Source: the human T2T-CHM13v2.0 reference genome, Homo sapiens. From it: a stretch of 64,000 bases of DNA. Below the pieces are notes generated by a model. The model did not search any database, was not told where the DNA came from, and saw only the letters and a list, made by a program, of their open reading frames with translations. The number at the start of each line of letters is the position of its first letter. The stretch's first letter is position 1. This document shows positions 61,751 to 64,000 of this stretch, in pieces. Both the position numbers and the translations under genes were made by a program. The stretch is from assembly GCF_009914755.1 (NCBI RefSeq), contig NC_060932.1; one strand, 5' to 3'.

Positions 61751-64000
61751 GACACTCTATTCTGGACTTGGCTTATTTGTAACAGAAGCAACCTTGGGAA
61801 CAGCATGAGGTGTTTAGAATGGTGAGTCCTCTGTCAATTTCAGCCGACTTGGACCTACTTCTTCTGATCCAGGTACCCACTCTTGCTGGCACCAGGACAC
61901 TGAGACGGTCCAGGAAACACGGCAAGCATACGTGTGCACCACACTGCTCGTCCCGTCCAGCTGTGGCCATGCTGAAAATTGCAATGGGCCACTGGAAGAC
62001 AGGTTATTCAGGCAGGTGTGAGAAACGTGACCAGTTGGTGGAGTCGCTTAACTGGGGTGTCTTCAGACTGAGCCTGAGGGGAAGGCAGGCAGGCCGCTCA
62101 CAGGCTTCAGGGCTGGGGGAAGGAGGAGGGCGTGTGGGGGGTGCAATTGGACCCTCTGTACCTTCCCCACCTCCCAAAGGTTTCTCTTCTTCTGCCTGAG
62201 CCAGTGGTCCCAGGACCCCATGCCCAAGCACTAAAGTGGGCGGCACAGGCTCCAGAAGGGACATTAGACTGGTCATGACTGGACCCCATGGCGGGACTTC
62301 CTGCAAATGTGGCCAGCAGGAGGGCTGCCCCGTGGCTCCTCACCGGCGAGTCCTGTGGCAGCAGCAGGCCGAGACACAGCACCACAGGGCTGTGCCGGGT
62401 GCCTGCTCGAAGGCAGAGCTGCAGTGGGGGATCCAACAGGAACCGTGGAAATGGGGGGCTCCTGCAGGCAGGGGGATACCCACAGGGTCCCGTGATCCTG
62501 CAGGGGTGCAAGTGGCTCCTTCCGTGATGGCCCTAGAGCAAGAGGGTAATACTCTTGCCACCTCTCCCAGACCTGGGGCCAAGTAAAGGCTGATGATAAA
62601 GAAGCCAGAGGTGCTTTTCCCAGAGATGGGAATCGGATTCCTGCTGACTTCACCTGAGTAATTCAGAGCACGAGGGAAGCTGCACCTCCAGGGGCGCTCC
62701 TGACAGGTAACCCACTGGAGCTGCTATTCCGCAGCAGAGGCACCAGCCAGAAAGATCCGAAAGAAACATTTTCAAAAGTGGACCAAGATGGCTGCAGTTT
62801 GGCCACACGGGTAGTAGGAGGCAGGCCTGGCCTATGAGGCTGGAATCTGCATTGTCTCACTGACGTGTCCTGGTCACTGCCGTGCCTGTCAGATGAGGCA
62901 GGACAGAACAGTCGCCCCTGCAGACCCTGAGGCTCCAGTAGGTGCCAGCTTTCCACCCTGTGTGCCAGCCACGTGTCCACTCCACCTGTGTACAAGGCAC
63001 CGAGGCCAGGCAGGACTGCGAGGTCCCCCTGAGCGCACTGCCCCTCTCAGGCTGTGGAACCACCCCTCCTGCCTCCTCAGCCGATGGAACCTGTGTTCCG
63101 GGTTGCCACTCACTCTTGGCTCAGCATAAAACGCACTTTGGCTTCTCTAAGTCTGCAGTGCCCATGAGTGCGGCCTCCAGCCGTCGCTGCCGTCTGCCCC
63201 TCTCGGAGGACAGATGAGAACAGTGCAGGGATCCCAGGGTGGGGAATGCCCAGGAGCCTGGCCTCCACTCTGGGGTGACCCCGGACCTGCCAGGCGCTGC
63301 CTGCATGTGGAGGGGGCATTGCTGCCTCCTCCCTGCCTCAGAGCTTGATCTGCGAGTCCGAACGTGCCAAGTGTGAACCAGCCCCAGCGATCTCCAGGCA
63401 GAAACAGATGCATTGGTCTCATGAGGGTTGGCCCCACCCTGCTGAAGGTTTGGGGAGATTTTAGAATTTGGTCTTGGGGCCCTGAGTGCGGCAGAAACAG
63501 TGTCCCTGCACGCTCATCATGAAGAGCAGGAGGCTTGTTATCCTGAGTAGGGACAGCAGAGGGCGACCTCTTCCAGGATCCAGACACAGGCCCGGGAGGC
63601 TGTAAAGGCCACTCATACGGGAATCGATGGAAATCGGACACCCGTCCCCAGCCCTGGGCCAGTGTGCATCCTTCCTCACCCAGGAGGGGCTACTGAACAC
63701 TCTCATCCCTGGCATCTGATGCTGTAGAGGTCAGAGGCCAGGTCGGGGCCGGGCAGTAGCCTGAGTCCTGAGGGAGCAGTGCTGACAACGGCCCCTCAAC
63801 CCATCGCTGTTCTCCCGCAGCCTGAGTGCCACCAATGTAAAAGGACAGCTGTGTGGGCCGCATGTGCCCGGAATGAGGCCCCCTGCTCCCTCAGCCGCGT
63901 TCTCATGGGTGAACAAAGACCGTGATGGAACCCACCTGAGCCCCTGAGCCGGCTGGACTGGATTATCCTCCCTATGCGTGGATAATCAGAGCCGGGATTA

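Noticed and set aside
62344-62418. Minus-strand AG...GT-bounded segment encoding VVLCLGLLLP as a signal exon
   Set aside because: It has no ATG, and the hydrophobic frame ends in phase 0, unlike phase-1 LY6 signal exons.

Overview
This is primate, almost certainly human, genomic DNA: it is dense in Alu, L1, MaLR and ERV elements and comes from the LY6/uPAR (three-finger protein) cluster, by established knowledge 8q24.3. One intact protein-coding gene is present. LY6L (+ strand) has coding exons 13374-13446, 13531-13647 and 14745-14971, giving 138 aa with a signal peptide, a 10-Cys LU domain and a GPI-type tail. The main unexpected observation is a second, disabled LY6 gene on the + strand, about 10 kb downstream of the LY6L coding region (24632-27410), which the ORF track does not show as a gene. 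Its exon phases and most Cys spacings match LY6L. The middle exon has lost both splice sites, but the outer exons could still be joined into an 84-aa open frame. Weaker LY6-like exon relics occur near 34.4 kb and 63 kb. A GAS/ISRE-like/AP-1 motif cluster lies near 0.85-1.1 kb. The rest is transposon debris plus many minisatellites, several of which grew out of L1 sequence; these account for nearly all long ORFs in the track. No rRNA, tRNA or CRISPR array was seen. Repeat family names come from recalled consensus sequences and their boundaries are approximate; no database search was run.
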